From positions 134,168,001-134,232,000 of the forward strand of contig NC_042999.1 of the NCBI RefSeq assembly GCF_006345805.1: a stretch of 64,000 nt of DNA, read 5' to 3'. The first letter of the stretch is position 1, and the number at the start of each line of letters is the position of its first letter. This DNA comes from Octopus sinensis. Taxonomy: Eukaryota. The notes below the pieces were generated by a model, which was not told the DNA's origin, did not search any database, and was given only the letters and a program-made list of their open reading frames with translations. Below, piece by piece: positions 40,560 through 52,885 of the stretch. Both the position numbers and the translations under genes were made by a program.

Positions 40560-42267
40560 AGAGATCCGTTGTGGAGTATAACAGTGATTGGAGCTGTTTT
40601 TAATGAATTCTTGGGTATCTCTTTTGAATGTGCCATTCTTAATATTTGCGTGTGTGTTTATTCTCAGGTCGTGGCGGATATATCATTTGTTGTGGATGCG
40701 TTCAAAAGGGGTTTGTATTTTGTAATAAAGAGGGGCTCTTTACTAATTCGTTGGCTACAGGTTGTATCATCTCTGAATTGATAGAGGGGAAAAATTCTGA
40801 AGCTTGGATTTTTGTTATTGGCGCAAATGTAGATGTGTTGGCTGAATGCTATTTTTCTGGGGGTTTTTTTGAATTTTGATCTGGGATCTGTGCAAAACCA
40901 TCCTTTACGTAGACTGTTTTTTGTTTGGCCTAAGTATTGTTCTTGACATCCAGAGTAGGTTAGTGTGTATATCAGGTTCTCCGAAGCACATGTGAAGCTG
41001 CTTTTCACTGTGAAACGTTGTCCCTGTTTGAAGGAGAACACTGATCCCTCACTTAAATCGACACATATCTCACAGTCTTCCACGTTTTTTTACTGACGGT
41101 TTTAGTGCTGTTGTTGAGCGTATTCGGGCTTGTGTTAGGAGACTTTCCATAGATTTGGGCTGTCTCTTGCTTTTTATCATGGTGTGTGGATTAAGTTCAT
41201 TCTGTGGGCCTTTCTTAGCAGGGGAATGTTTTGAAGGATGGTGTCGAAGACTTCGTTGTTAAGAGGGTTGTGTGTAGAGATATATGGTAGGGATTTTGGT
41301 TGTAAATCCTTCTTTAATTTAGGATGTCTGAGTCCGTGGATGTTGAGTTGTAGAGCACGTTGAAAGCCTATGTCAATTAGTGAAGGTGGGTAGTTCCTGG
41401 TGATGAGTGTATCATTTAGTTCATGTAGTCGTGTGTCCCTGGTGCTTGCATTAGAAACTATAGTACATATCCTTTTTGCTTGGTTGAAGGGAATATTCAT
41501 TCTGGTGTGTCTGGGATGGCATGAGTTGAACGGTAGATATTGCTTGGAGTTCGTGGGCTTATATCATATATCTGTCTCTATTACGTTGTTAGATTTCTTA
41601 AATAGGATGTCAAGGAAGGGAAGTTGTTGATGGCTATATTCCATCGGGAATTGAATGTTTACGTCAAGTCCATTTATAAGTACTTGAATTTTTTAAAGTT
41701 TCTCTATACTTTCATGCCAAAGAATGAAACTGTCATCCAGGTATCTCTTCCAGTGATTTTTCTATGTAGAGAGAGAATGGGCTGCCGTATTTTTCTAGAA
41801 CCATACGATAAAGACTAATTTCTAGATATCTCATGACTAGGTTGGCAAAAGAGGGGTCCATTCCCGTACCCATTGCAGTTCCCGATTTTTGTCGATAAAA
41901 GTTGTCTTTGAAGACGAAGTAGTTATTCTCCAAGATAAATTTTAACCCTTCTATCACGAATTCTCTTTTGATACGATGTGGGAGTTCGTTGTCGTAATTC
42001 TCTAACCAGAATTGAATTGCCTCTATGCCTAGGTTGTGGGGGATATTGGAATAGAGGTTGACTACATCGAAGGATACAAATAGGGTGGTTTTGTTTATTG
42101 TTTCAGGAAGGTGATTGAGCATATCCAGGTCGTCCCTTATGTAGCTTTTGACATGCTTGAGGAATGGTTTTAAGAGGGTATCTAAAAAGTTACTGAGGCG
42201 GTGGGTTTCGCATGCGGGACTTGCTATTATAGGTCTCAATTTGAGGTCATTAGGAGGAGAGACTTTC

Positions 42268-42353
<86 letters not shown>

Positions 42354-42440
42354 GCGTATATTTAATGTGTGGAGTTTTAGAAGAGGGGTTTATTTTAAGG
42401 AGAACTCGTTTTATGTCTCCATCAAAATATAGCAATAGGT
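40560..42440 (-). mobile_element. Decayed Penelope-like element: RT plus GIY-YIG endonuclease
   Basis: LRPIIASPACETHRLSNFLD..FDVVNLYSNIP..YRQKSGTAMGT..ANLVM; NIPFNQAKRICTIVS; NLIYTLTYSGCQEQYLGQTKNSLR (GIY-YIG); degenerate LPKIHK-like motif near 42370-42390. Confidence 0.9.
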
Positions 42441-43623
42441 GGAATTAAACTTTATGTAATTCATTAAAGAATTCGTTAGAAGTATTAATCTCTTTTGACT
42501 AAAAATAATGCTTATCCAGTCTGAAATTAGTCCCAGCTGTCTGAAGACATGGCTGGCTTGATACCACATGTTTACAAAACATTATTTATTAAATCTTCAT
42601 TTTGATATAGTCTTCTTTAATTTTGAAAATATTTTGACATATTGCCTCTTGAACTTGCTTCAACTTCTTACTTTAAAGCATTATGTTACATGAGAGAAAT
42701 AGAAGAAAGAATCGTAAATATTTAATTTAAAAAAAAACTATACTCGTAAATTAAACTCCTTCCGTTGAAAAAAAATTAAAGCAAAAATACTTAAGCAAAT
42801 TGTATGTTAAAGAGATTTAAATTTGATTTATATGACAAAATATAATTTATAAATGTAATTTATAAACTGATATATTACTAGTGTTGATCATACAATGTAA
42901 ATATACCTCGCACATACGTTTTTCATCTATCATAAAATCCTTAATATATTTTATTTCCTAAATTATTATCTTAAGTATTACCAAATCATTCCCTCCCTAG
43001 AACAACATTGTTCAGGAGTTTCTTTCAAAACCGCTTTCACATCAAAGAATATTCATCGAGAATTTAAATTAAACATCAACTGCTCTAAAGCCTTTCAACA
43101 GAGGCAGATCCCATGAGTACACGAGTTCTTAGACTCAAAGGCTTCGGCCTTTCACCCAAGACACATAAATTAGAAATTAAGTAATACAATGCTGAGTCGT
43201 TTACAGCGAAGGGAAAAAGGATATTGAAATGAAATAAGCATAAATCTCTCCAGTTAACAACAATAATTTCTGTGTAAAGAAAATTTAATATTTTCTTCCA
43301 GAGAATAGTTATAATAAAACTGGAAGGCTGGGTAATGTTTATGTGGGCGTCCGTTCGGTTTCATATTTTATTATTATAAGAATATAAATCTGTTTCCTTA
43401 CGAAAGAGTGTGTGCATGTGTGTAAATATGTGCAAGTGCCTTCCCTGCCTATATTTCTGCATATATCTCTTGTATGGTAATTCATCTGTTTGTTTTAACA
43501 GTCACATTCAGCCCAAGCTTCAGCAGATACTTCGGCTATGAGGTTATTTGTATTGTCTAGGCTGAGTATCACGGGATACAAAATCTTGTTTCGGGAGGCT
43601 TGCATTACACACACACATATCCA

Positions 43624-43651
<28 letters not shown>

Positions 43652-43654
<3 letters not shown>

Positions 43655-44351
43655 GTGGCAAAGTAATTTATTTTACTAAGCCCTTTTATATAATGTAATA
43701 TTTTGAATTCGCCTTAAATGGTCCTTTTACATACTGAATACTTGGTGAAATTGATTAATAACTAATTAATTTTACCCTCAATTGTTGAAATTATAATTCA
43801 TTTCTCTCTGTTTATTGCCTCGGTTTTCACCGCTAAAATATGGTGTTTTGCTAGTTTAGCCCACGTGGATGGAAGGGGAGAGCAGGAATTCTTCGCTTGC
43901 ATATTTTGAATTTGTTGGCACTGTCAGTTTGAACGGGTCGTCTGAGGTGTTAAGTCCCCAAAAGGGTTGTTCCTACTTTCAGTGTTTCCAAATCCAAATT
44001 AAGAAATTTTGGGCTGACGAAAGAAATGTCGAATTTTATTTGGCTGATCTAGAAACGTAACGTTCTCAAAAATATTTGCACTTGTGATTTTTTAATGTTT
44101 TTTACCCCCATACCTTCGTGGGTATCTGAGTAGTAAACACTATGAGAGAGAAATTTTCTTAAGTATTAGAAATAGCTAAAAAAACTTTTTTGGCTGCTAT
44201 TTCTAATGAGTTCAGTATGTGGCAAAGTAATTTATTTTACTAAGCCCTTTTATATAATGTAATATTTTGAATTCGCCTTAAATGGTCCTTTTACATACTG
44301 AATACTTGGTGAAATTGATTAATAACTAATTAATTTTACCCTCAATTGTTG

Positions 44352-44359
<8 letters not shown>
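43652..44359 (+). mobile_element. 708-bp element with identical 144-bp direct terminal repeats, inserted in (TA)n
   Basis: 43652-43795 equals 44216-44359 (period 564); TA repeats outside both ends. Confidence 0.8.
44007..44071 (+). ncRNA. Hammerhead-like motif, probably damaged by a 5-nt duplication
   Basis: UUUUGGG CUGACGA AAGA...UCUA GAAAC GU A ACGUU CUCAAAA; stem I (uuuuggg/cucaaaa) is in register only if the duplicated aacgt is removed. Confidence 0.5.
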
Positions 44360-44388
<29 letters not shown>

Positions 44389-44393
<5 letters not shown>

Positions 44394-44551
44394 TAATCCA
44401 AACAAGAAAACACAGAAAAAAAAGAGAAAAAAACACAGCAACGCGAGGACGTTGAACAATTAAAGTATTATTGACGCTCAGATGTATATATATATACACA
44501 CATACACCCCTAGACCCCCTACACACACATACACAAATACACACACACACG

Positions 44552-44603
<52 letters not shown>

Positions 44604-44816
44604 AAATGTGACCGCGTGTGTACCGTTGGCGATTTTTTTCCTCCGTCTTCCCTTCTTTGGATCTTTCCTTTTCCTATGTTTCTGACAAAGAGCTCCGCTC
44701 AAAACTTTAAGCCCTCCTTTTTTCCTTCTTTCCTGAGTGTCCAATAATACTATACTTGTGCCACGTCCTCGCGTTGTTGTGTTTTCTCTTTGTGTTTTCA
44801 TGTTTGGATTAACTTT
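44389..44816. mobile_element. Fold-back mini-element with degenerate hammerhead
   Basis: Inverted arms 44389-44481 / 44733-44816; at 44679-44711 UUU CUGACAA A GAGC ucc GCUC AAAAC UU UAA. Confidence 0.65.
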
Positions 44817-44825
44817 ATATATATA

Positions 44826-45135
44826 TCACGTGATCTAGTGACCGACCAGGCTATCAGATGTTGTTACACATCGCTGGTCACAATGCGCTTCGCATTGTTT
44901 TAGCCTTCAAATGACGCCACCCCGCTGGCTAAGCGAGCAGGCCAACAGAAGAAAGAGAGAGAAAGTTGCGGCGAAAGAGTACAGCAGGGAACGCCACCAC
45001 CCCCTGCCGGAGCTTCGTGGAGCTTTTTAGGTGTTTTCGCTCAATAAACACTCACAACGCCCGGTCTGGGAGTCGAAACCGCGATCCTACGACCGCGAGT
45101 CCGCTGCCCTAACCACTGGGCCATTGCGCCTCCAC
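44826..45135 (-). mobile_element. tRNA-derived SINE, family C head with a different 3' module
   Basis: Head nearly identical to 4449-4600; the 3' part (ttggcctgctcgcttagccagcggg..ttgtgaccagcgatgtg) is unrelated to the 4449 tail. Confidence 0.85.
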
Positions 45136-45180
45136 ACACACACACACGCGCGCGCACACACACACACGCACACACACACA

Positions 45181-45234
<54 letters not shown>

Positions 45235-45544
45235 CACACATATATAAATATATACCTATATATACGTGTGTGTGTATGTGGATTTTGTAAGCATACACAA
45301 ATATGTATATTATATGAGGTGTGAGGTATATATATTTTTCAGTTTATCGAGCTACAATATGGGAAAACATTACAACCCTCTGCGCCAATAAACTACTGTT
45401 GCTCTTCAGACTTATTTCTTATAACTACTTCGAACTGCTCGAAGCTTATTGATTACCTACAGTTGGATCCTTGGATCTTACATGTACTTATCATTATATA
45501 AAAATAATATTTGCGCCACGACCAATGTGGAAAACCGGCTGTAC

Positions 45545-45641
<97 letters not shown>

Positions 45642-45689
45642 ACTAACTAACTAACTAACTAACTATTTATCTATCTACCATAGTAACGA

Positions 45690-46170
45690 AGCTAAAGCAT
45701 GCAAAGTGAAGCCGCTTGCCAAAAATTGACCTTGGACTGTGCTGTGCATGTGCACTAAGTTTTAACTTTGTAGCTCACTTCTGCTGTTTACTGCAGTCCT
45801 CAGACGAAACGTTTGTAGCGTGTAATCGTCGTATTGACCATGAAAGAGGAAGTTGTCATGGCGACACCTGCTCTGAGGCCTATGCAATGTTGCAGAAAGT
45901 GTATGGAGAGGAGTGTATGAGCCACACACAAGTCGACGAGTGGTTCAGACGTTTCCAAAATGGCAGAAAAAATGCTGATATTGACGAACGCTCTAGGAGA
46001 CCCGCAACCAGCAGAACTGAGATGTGCGTGCAGCTGTGTGGGGAAATCGCTGAATCACCATCCATGAGTTATCAGGGTATGTACAGATTAGTTGTGGCTC
46101 AGTTCAGTCTATTATCACTGAAGTTTTAAGCATGAGACGCGTGTTTGCCAAGTTTGTGCCAAAACTTGAT
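45690..46170 (+). pseudogene. Mariner transposase N-terminal (HTH) fragment
   Basis: SEAYAMLQKVYGEECMSHTQVDEWFRRFQNGR..DERSRRPATSRT..MRRVFAKFVPKL. Confidence 0.85.
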
Positions 46171-46376
46171 ACAGATTCTCATGCACAATAGAGTTCAATG
46201 TAAATCTGTGACAGGCAGCTTCGATCTGCATTCTTTAGTTTCGTTACTATGGCAACAGTCCGGATACTCATTAATCAGACAACGTGTGTATATATATATA
46301 TATATCTATATATACATATAATATATATATATATAGAGAGAGGAGAGAGAGAGGAGAGAAAGAAAGTGAGGAGAGA

Positions 46377-46415
<39 letters not shown>

Positions 46416-46986
46416 ATATAATATATATATATATCTATATATATATATATAGCGTGTGTGGATGCACGTATGAATATATGTAATACACATACACACACAT
46501 ACACACATTAAACGAATATAATTTTGGAAAAATACTTCAGGGTGGGTGGGCAGTAGCATGTATTTGACCATCAACGATTATTAGAAGTATGATAATTATC
46601 ACACAAGATAAATACATGATTATTGTGAGCTTAATGTAAACTACCTTGGCCATAAATATGTTCCACCCCTTTTCCATCCCTCTGTTTTCACCTCAGCTAT
46701 TTCTAACATGTTTTTTTTTTCTGAGAAAACAAGGTTTTCTTCAAGTGAATGAAGAATAAAATTTGATATTTAGAATTTTTCTTACAAAATAATGCATATT
46801 GACGCTCTCACCTCGGAGCCAGTTGAGACAGTAACTGGAAGGACAATTGCTTTAGTACGTTTGTGAGTGTCCATACATACTGTTAGTGCAGAGATGTACT
46901 ACCCCCGACTCTAACTTGGTGCCTTTGTTATTAAAATACCTTGATTTTATTGTATCCTGAAGATTTTATACACACACACACACATA

Positions 46987-47018
<32 letters not shown>

Positions 47019-48249
47019 TACACACTACACATACATATTTCAGATGTGATGTTTTATTCGACGTTGACATACCACAAATACATTACTATATATATATATA
47101 TATATTATATAATATATATATTATATATATATATTAATATATATATATATAATATATTATATATGCATGTGTGTGTGTGTGTGTGTCTGTGCGTGAGCGT
47201 GCGTATGTATATTTTGCAAGTAGGTATGTGGTATGTAGGTAGGTTTGGCTTCAAAGAAAGTAGAGTACAATTTAGGACTACCAGAAGAAAGAATGAAGTT
47301 TAAAAGAGTCGGAAGAAGAAAAAAAGAAACGTATTTTAATTTAGTATTGTCAGTGTGATATGTTTGAGTGTGTTAGGCACAGCATATCAACAACATCCCA
47401 CAAGTCACACTTTTTCCCATTAAGAGGCACCTCTTTAGTTCAAATTGATAGCAGATGTTTCACTACGGACAACTTTGAACCAGACTGCGGATATATCTAC
47501 ATCTGCTAATAAATAGCTTCTGTGTGCGTGTATGCGCCGATGGTTTGTGAGTGTATCTCAAGGCTTGTGTTTGCTGTATGTCTATGGCTGGGAATGTATG
47601 AGTGACTGGGTTTTATGTTCATATATGTATGTATGAGTAGGTGTATGTATATGTGTATGTGTATGTGGGTGTGTTTGCATATGTGTGTGCGTGCTTGTAT
47701 TGTGCGTGAATGTACGAGCTTACCTCTTGACAGCGCTTTATCAGAACTACTAACAAACAGACAAAAATATTTCGCAGTTGCGTGAACCTGAGTATTGCCG
47801 TGTAGTTAACAAAGAACGCGAACAAGGGTTCCGTTATACACAATTCCAGGTAATTATTTTTACCCAGGTATTCGCAAAGATATAAGCTTTTTTTTTTTTG
47901 ACTCCCGCAAATATTTCCGGTCCTGTATTGATCACAGTACGACCTTTGACGGATCAAGATGAACCGAGATGGATCAAGACGGACCAACATACTCGATTCC
48001 AAGCAGATGCATATAACTATTTGAGCAACACTTCCCTCAGTATTTGACACCGACATGACATCTGTTTGTGAGTAGCGTCATGTCGGAGATGAAGTTTGTC
48101 ACCGCTCTACAAGCTTACTGCAGAATTTTACTATTCCAATTTTCTTCTTAATTAGTATTTAGTTGTTTACGCGGGTTTATGCCTATCTCCACTTACCTTT
48201 GTCCTTATATGTTCCTAAGTGTTATTTAAGGCCCTTGCGGGCAATAATG

Positions 48250-48561
48250 ACTCTATTACTATTATTTTCTCTTTATCACAGATTTTGTTGGAGCTCCTTG
48301 AGTCTTGCATGCGTAGCGGGCTTGCTACCTGCAGCCTACGGTACCATGCTATTCGTTGTTTTCAGCTATCTAATACTTTTTTTTATTATTCTGGCTGTGC
48401 CAAGGAGGCACTGTAACAGTTCTATTCGGCACTCTGTTCCAATTTCCTTTCTATTCCCCTTGATGCTTTCTGATACTGTTCCCAAGATCCCAACAACAAT
48501 TGGCACTATATTCATCTTCTTCATTTTCCATAGCCGTGCTACTTCGTACTTAAGAGGATTG

Positions 48562-48636
<75 letters not shown>

Positions 48637-49729
48637 ATCTATCTATATCTATCTATCTATCTTTTCGCCTTCCTTCTTGACTATTCGTGTGTCAAAGGGG
48701 CATGCAACGTCAACTATACAGCATATGTGGTGCACCTTGTTTACTACCACTAGGTCTAATCTGTTGTGCTCTAGCATCTGATCTGCTTGGATAAGGAAAT
48801 CCCAGAGGATTTTGCTAGTCTCCGACTCTGTCACTCTCTGTAGTTTGTGCTCCTACCACGTTTTGCCTCTCTCTAGCCCCCATTTTTCGTACAATTTCTA
48901 ATGTAACATTCGCTACATGGTTGTGTCGTCACAACTTGTAGTGGTTTGGGGCAAGTCTAGGGCATTCGTTCGTGATATGGGCATTGGTTTCATCCACTCT
49001 ATTGCAGATGCGGCACAGCGGAGACACTTGCTCAGGGTGACCAGAGCTTTGTCCTACGCTGCCAGTATAGTGGTCTCGATCTCTCTTTTTAGGGATCCTT
49101 TCATCAGCCAACCCCACCTATTTTTCCAGCAACTTCTGTTGTGGCTACATGGAATTGATTGTGTAGTCCGTTCCTGCGTAATTCTTTTTCGTTTTCCCTT
49201 TTTTTCTCTGCTCTCAATAATCCCTCATTCCTAACTGTCGCTAGCAAGGTTTCCTTACTTTGGGCTAGGAATCTCATCAAGCTCTCGAGTTCGATCCGCG
49301 CGCAGTCTTCCACACTTATCAGTCCCTTTCCTCCCTTTGCTCTCTTCATGTTTTGGCGATCAGTGTCTGCACGTCCATACATCGTTAGGTGCTTTCTTGA
49401 CTTCCTGTTCATCACCTTTAGCTCCTCCTCTGTCCACTTCAGGAATCCAGCGCCATACCGAACTACTGCGACTACGTATGAGTTTATTGCCGAAATTATG
49501 TTTCTGGCATTCAACTTTGAAGCCAATATTTTTCTCACTCACCGTAGGTACTCTCTTATTTGTCTATTCCCTTATGTCGTAGTGTTTTATTTCATCTACC
49601 TCAAGTATTCCCAGGTATTTATAGCTGGAGTGAGGTTGAACTGCCTTAATCATTTCACCACTTAGCAACCATATGCCTTCTCTCCTGACAAGCTTTCCTC
49701 GTCTAATCACCATTGTACCACATTTTGAG
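48250..49729 (-). mobile_element. Dong/R4-like RLE LINE 3' portion, cut by the assembly gap
   Basis: YKYLGILE, RKILASKLNARNIISAINS, RAKGGKGLISVEDC, CRICNRVDETNAHITNECP, ILWDFLIQAD..DVACPFD..KEGEKIDR(Y)NPLKYEVARLWKM..VPIVVGILG. Confidence 0.9.
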
Positions 49730-49830
49730 NNNNNNNNNNNNNNNNNNNNNNNNNNNNNNNNNNNNNNNNNNNNNNNNNNNNNNNNNNNNNNNNNNNNNNN
49801 NNNNNNNNNNNNNNNNNNNNNNNNNNNNNA
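49730..49830. other. Assembly gap (N run)
   Basis: About 100 N. Confidence 0.99.
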
Positions 49831-50406
49831 AAGTATGTGCATGTAACAATGTATACGTGTGCGAATGTGTATGTAGGTGTGTATATATGTGTATGCGTGC
49901 CTCCGTGCGCGGATGTGTGTTAGTGCGCGCGCATGTCCCTGTCTTTATCGGACCGACTATCTATCAAATTCACTCAAATGTTAAACAACGTTTGCAGAGC
50001 AAAGCCATATCTGTCATGAGCCGGCAATCTGACTACTGATGTCGACTCGAATTTCCGATAATTTGACAGCGTGACACGGGTATCTCTGCACTGGCACATC
50101 CCTCACCAAGAACCCAGTTACCAACACAGAAAAAAGCCAAAGTAAAAAACAACAAAACAATTTTATTAATAACTATTAATTGTCGGTCCTAAGTTGTATA
50201 TCGAGGCAATTTTGGGATCTACAAAGGATGCTTACAACCAGAATGATTCAGGGAATAAATGGCTATATATTTACTCTCATAAACGCAGTCAAATGAGAGG
50301 AAAGAAGGAAAAAAGACAAAGCGGAATAAACAAATAAATAAAAAGACAGAGGGAGCCCAGAATATATTGACAGATAAGTCGATACATCGACTCATTGATA
50401 GATAGG

Positions 50407-50455
<49 letters not shown>

Positions 50456-50456
50456 T

Positions 50457-50499
<43 letters not shown>

Positions 50500-50548
50500 G
50501 ATGGATAGATAGATAGATAAATAAATAACTAGATAGATAAATGGATAG

Positions 50549-50634
<86 letters not shown>

Positions 50635-50645
50635 TATAGACAGAC

Positions 50646-50712
<67 letters not shown>

Positions 50713-50772
50713 GAAAGATCGAACCGAAAACTGAAACAGGCATGGACAGATAACAGTGTATGTCTGTCTGTC

Positions 50773-50856
<84 letters not shown>

Positions 50857-51057
50857 AGTCTGTCTGTCTGTCTGTCTACATATATATAACAACTTGCAGT
50901 GCCCTGGACTTCATAATGGAATGTGAGACAGATATATACATAGATACACATAGTCTCTCTCTATCTCTATCTCTCTCTTTCACTCTCTCTCTCTCTATCT
51001 ATGTATATACACACACACATATATACATACACATATACATATATAAAGAATACACAC

Positions 51058-51139
<82 letters not shown>

Positions 51140-51183
51140 TGATCAAAATAAAAATAAAAATAAAAACATGAGGCGAAGGATTC

Positions 51184-51263
51184 AGCGGTACATATGTTTC
51201 GGGCCTTTATTAGACAGATACATAACAAATCATAATGTATGTCTGTGGCCTTCTTCAGCCGCT
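51184..51263 (-). ncRNA. Type I hammerhead with minimal palindromic helix III and long stem II
   Basis: Minus strand AGCGG CUGAAGA AGGCC ACAGACAUA...UAUGUAUCUGU CUAAUAAA GGCCC GAA AC AUAU GU A CCGCU. Confidence 0.75.
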
Positions 51264-52584
51264 CACAACAGCTTCCACAAGGACATGTGTTAGTTCCGAA
51301 ATTCTTGGCTGGGGATGCAAATCTTCTCGTTCCCGTACGACAAAATGCGGCAGCAGCATCGAATTGAATCGTCCATCTCCTTCTTCTCTCAATGTAGAAT
51401 GAGGAAACTTGGATGTTGAGGTAATGTAAATAAATAAATACGTATATAGAGGTGAAGATGGAGGGGCGAGAGTTCGGGGCGAGGGATTAAAAATATAAAA
51501 ATAATATAAAATAATGTATAAATGTAGATGATAAAGATATAAAGAGTTGTAAGGAGATGTAAAGGGGGTATAAAGGCATAATGTTGTAAAGTAAAAATAG
51601 AAATGGAAATAATAGTAAAAGAAGTAAAGGAACCTGATAAAAACATGATAAAAGTGTAAAAGAATGTAGGGATAAGGGATGTATAGAGGTCGCGGACCCA
51701 GCATGGTGGTCAAGAGATTGATAAAACTTAGTTGTAGAACTGTCAGTAAATTAACGGTTTCGTCGTAAATCAGAGCTGATGAGAGTTTAATCTGGTTCCT
51801 TGAATTAAATGGACTTCCAGTACATACATATCATCAAGGGTACATACACCCACATACACGCGTACATATACGTCTCCAAGTCTATAAGCAAACACACGCA
51901 CTCGCGTGTAAACATGTACATAAACCCACACGCACCCACACGCATGCGCGCACACACACATACATACAACAGAATATCCGCATATATAGACGGACATTAC
52001 GCGCGTATACGCTCACATGTACATACGTGCGCCCCTCACTACATACGTACACGTATATGCCCACGTCTCTAGGTCTAGGTATAAGATATTAAAGGATGTG
52101 TATAAGAACGTATGTAAAGAATCCCGTACTCATGTTAATACGCGCACGCACACACGGCTGTGTGTCCGTATGTGCGTGCACATATATATACTCACATACG
52201 CACACAGAGACACACGCGCTCATGGGTATAGTCATAAGATATCGAAGTATGCATGTACACATACGCGCGCGCACATGTATGTATGCGCATACACACGTAC
52301 GCGGACGCTCGGATACCCAAAAGGCGGATCCATAGGTGAGTAAATAAGCATATATAGAGGTGTAAAGCGATAGATTAGGGGTAAGAATGAGGGTAAGGGT
52401 AAAGATTAGAAATAAAAAATACAGTATAAAATAAGAAATACAATGTAATAGTTAGAATGAAATATAAGAATTATAAGGGTTATAAGAGTTAAGGTAAGGG
52501 ATGAAAATGAAAATGAGAGTAAATGGCAGTAGAATAAACGTAAAAATAAAAGTAAAAATAAAAATGTGAGTACTCAATTTAACA

Positions 52585-52885
52585 CACTCACCTATATTGG
52601 TTGCTCAACCTCCTGGAAATCCAGATACTACAACCACCGGTCCTCGATGAGACATAGACATAAGGCTAACAGCACCTCCCTCTCTAAGAAATTTGGGAAT
52701 TAAAAGACAAATGCATAAGCTTCAAACTCAGATGGTCCATCATCGGATCAGCTGCACCTTATTTAAATAATAGAGCAGGATGCCAACTATGCTGTGTAGA
52801 ACTCCTGAACATCTTGAAATTCAAAGACAAACACAATCTTATTAACAAAAGGTCAGAGTTCAAACCATCCTGTATACATAAAATA
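52585..52885 (+). pseudogene. Penelope GIY-YIG endonuclease C-terminal fragment
   Basis: LTYIGCSTSWKSRYYNHRSS..TSLSKK(fs)WELKDK..RWSII..APY..CQLCCVE..NLINKRSEFKPSCIHK. Confidence 0.85.

Noticed and set aside
40080-40560. Expected hammerhead downstream of the 40.6-42.4-kb Penelope
   Set aside because: Only partial matches on either strand; none folds.
48190-48225. Strong minus-strand donor AAG|GTAAGT suggesting an 18-nt microexon
   Set aside because: No polypyrimidine tract at the acceptor and no partner exons.
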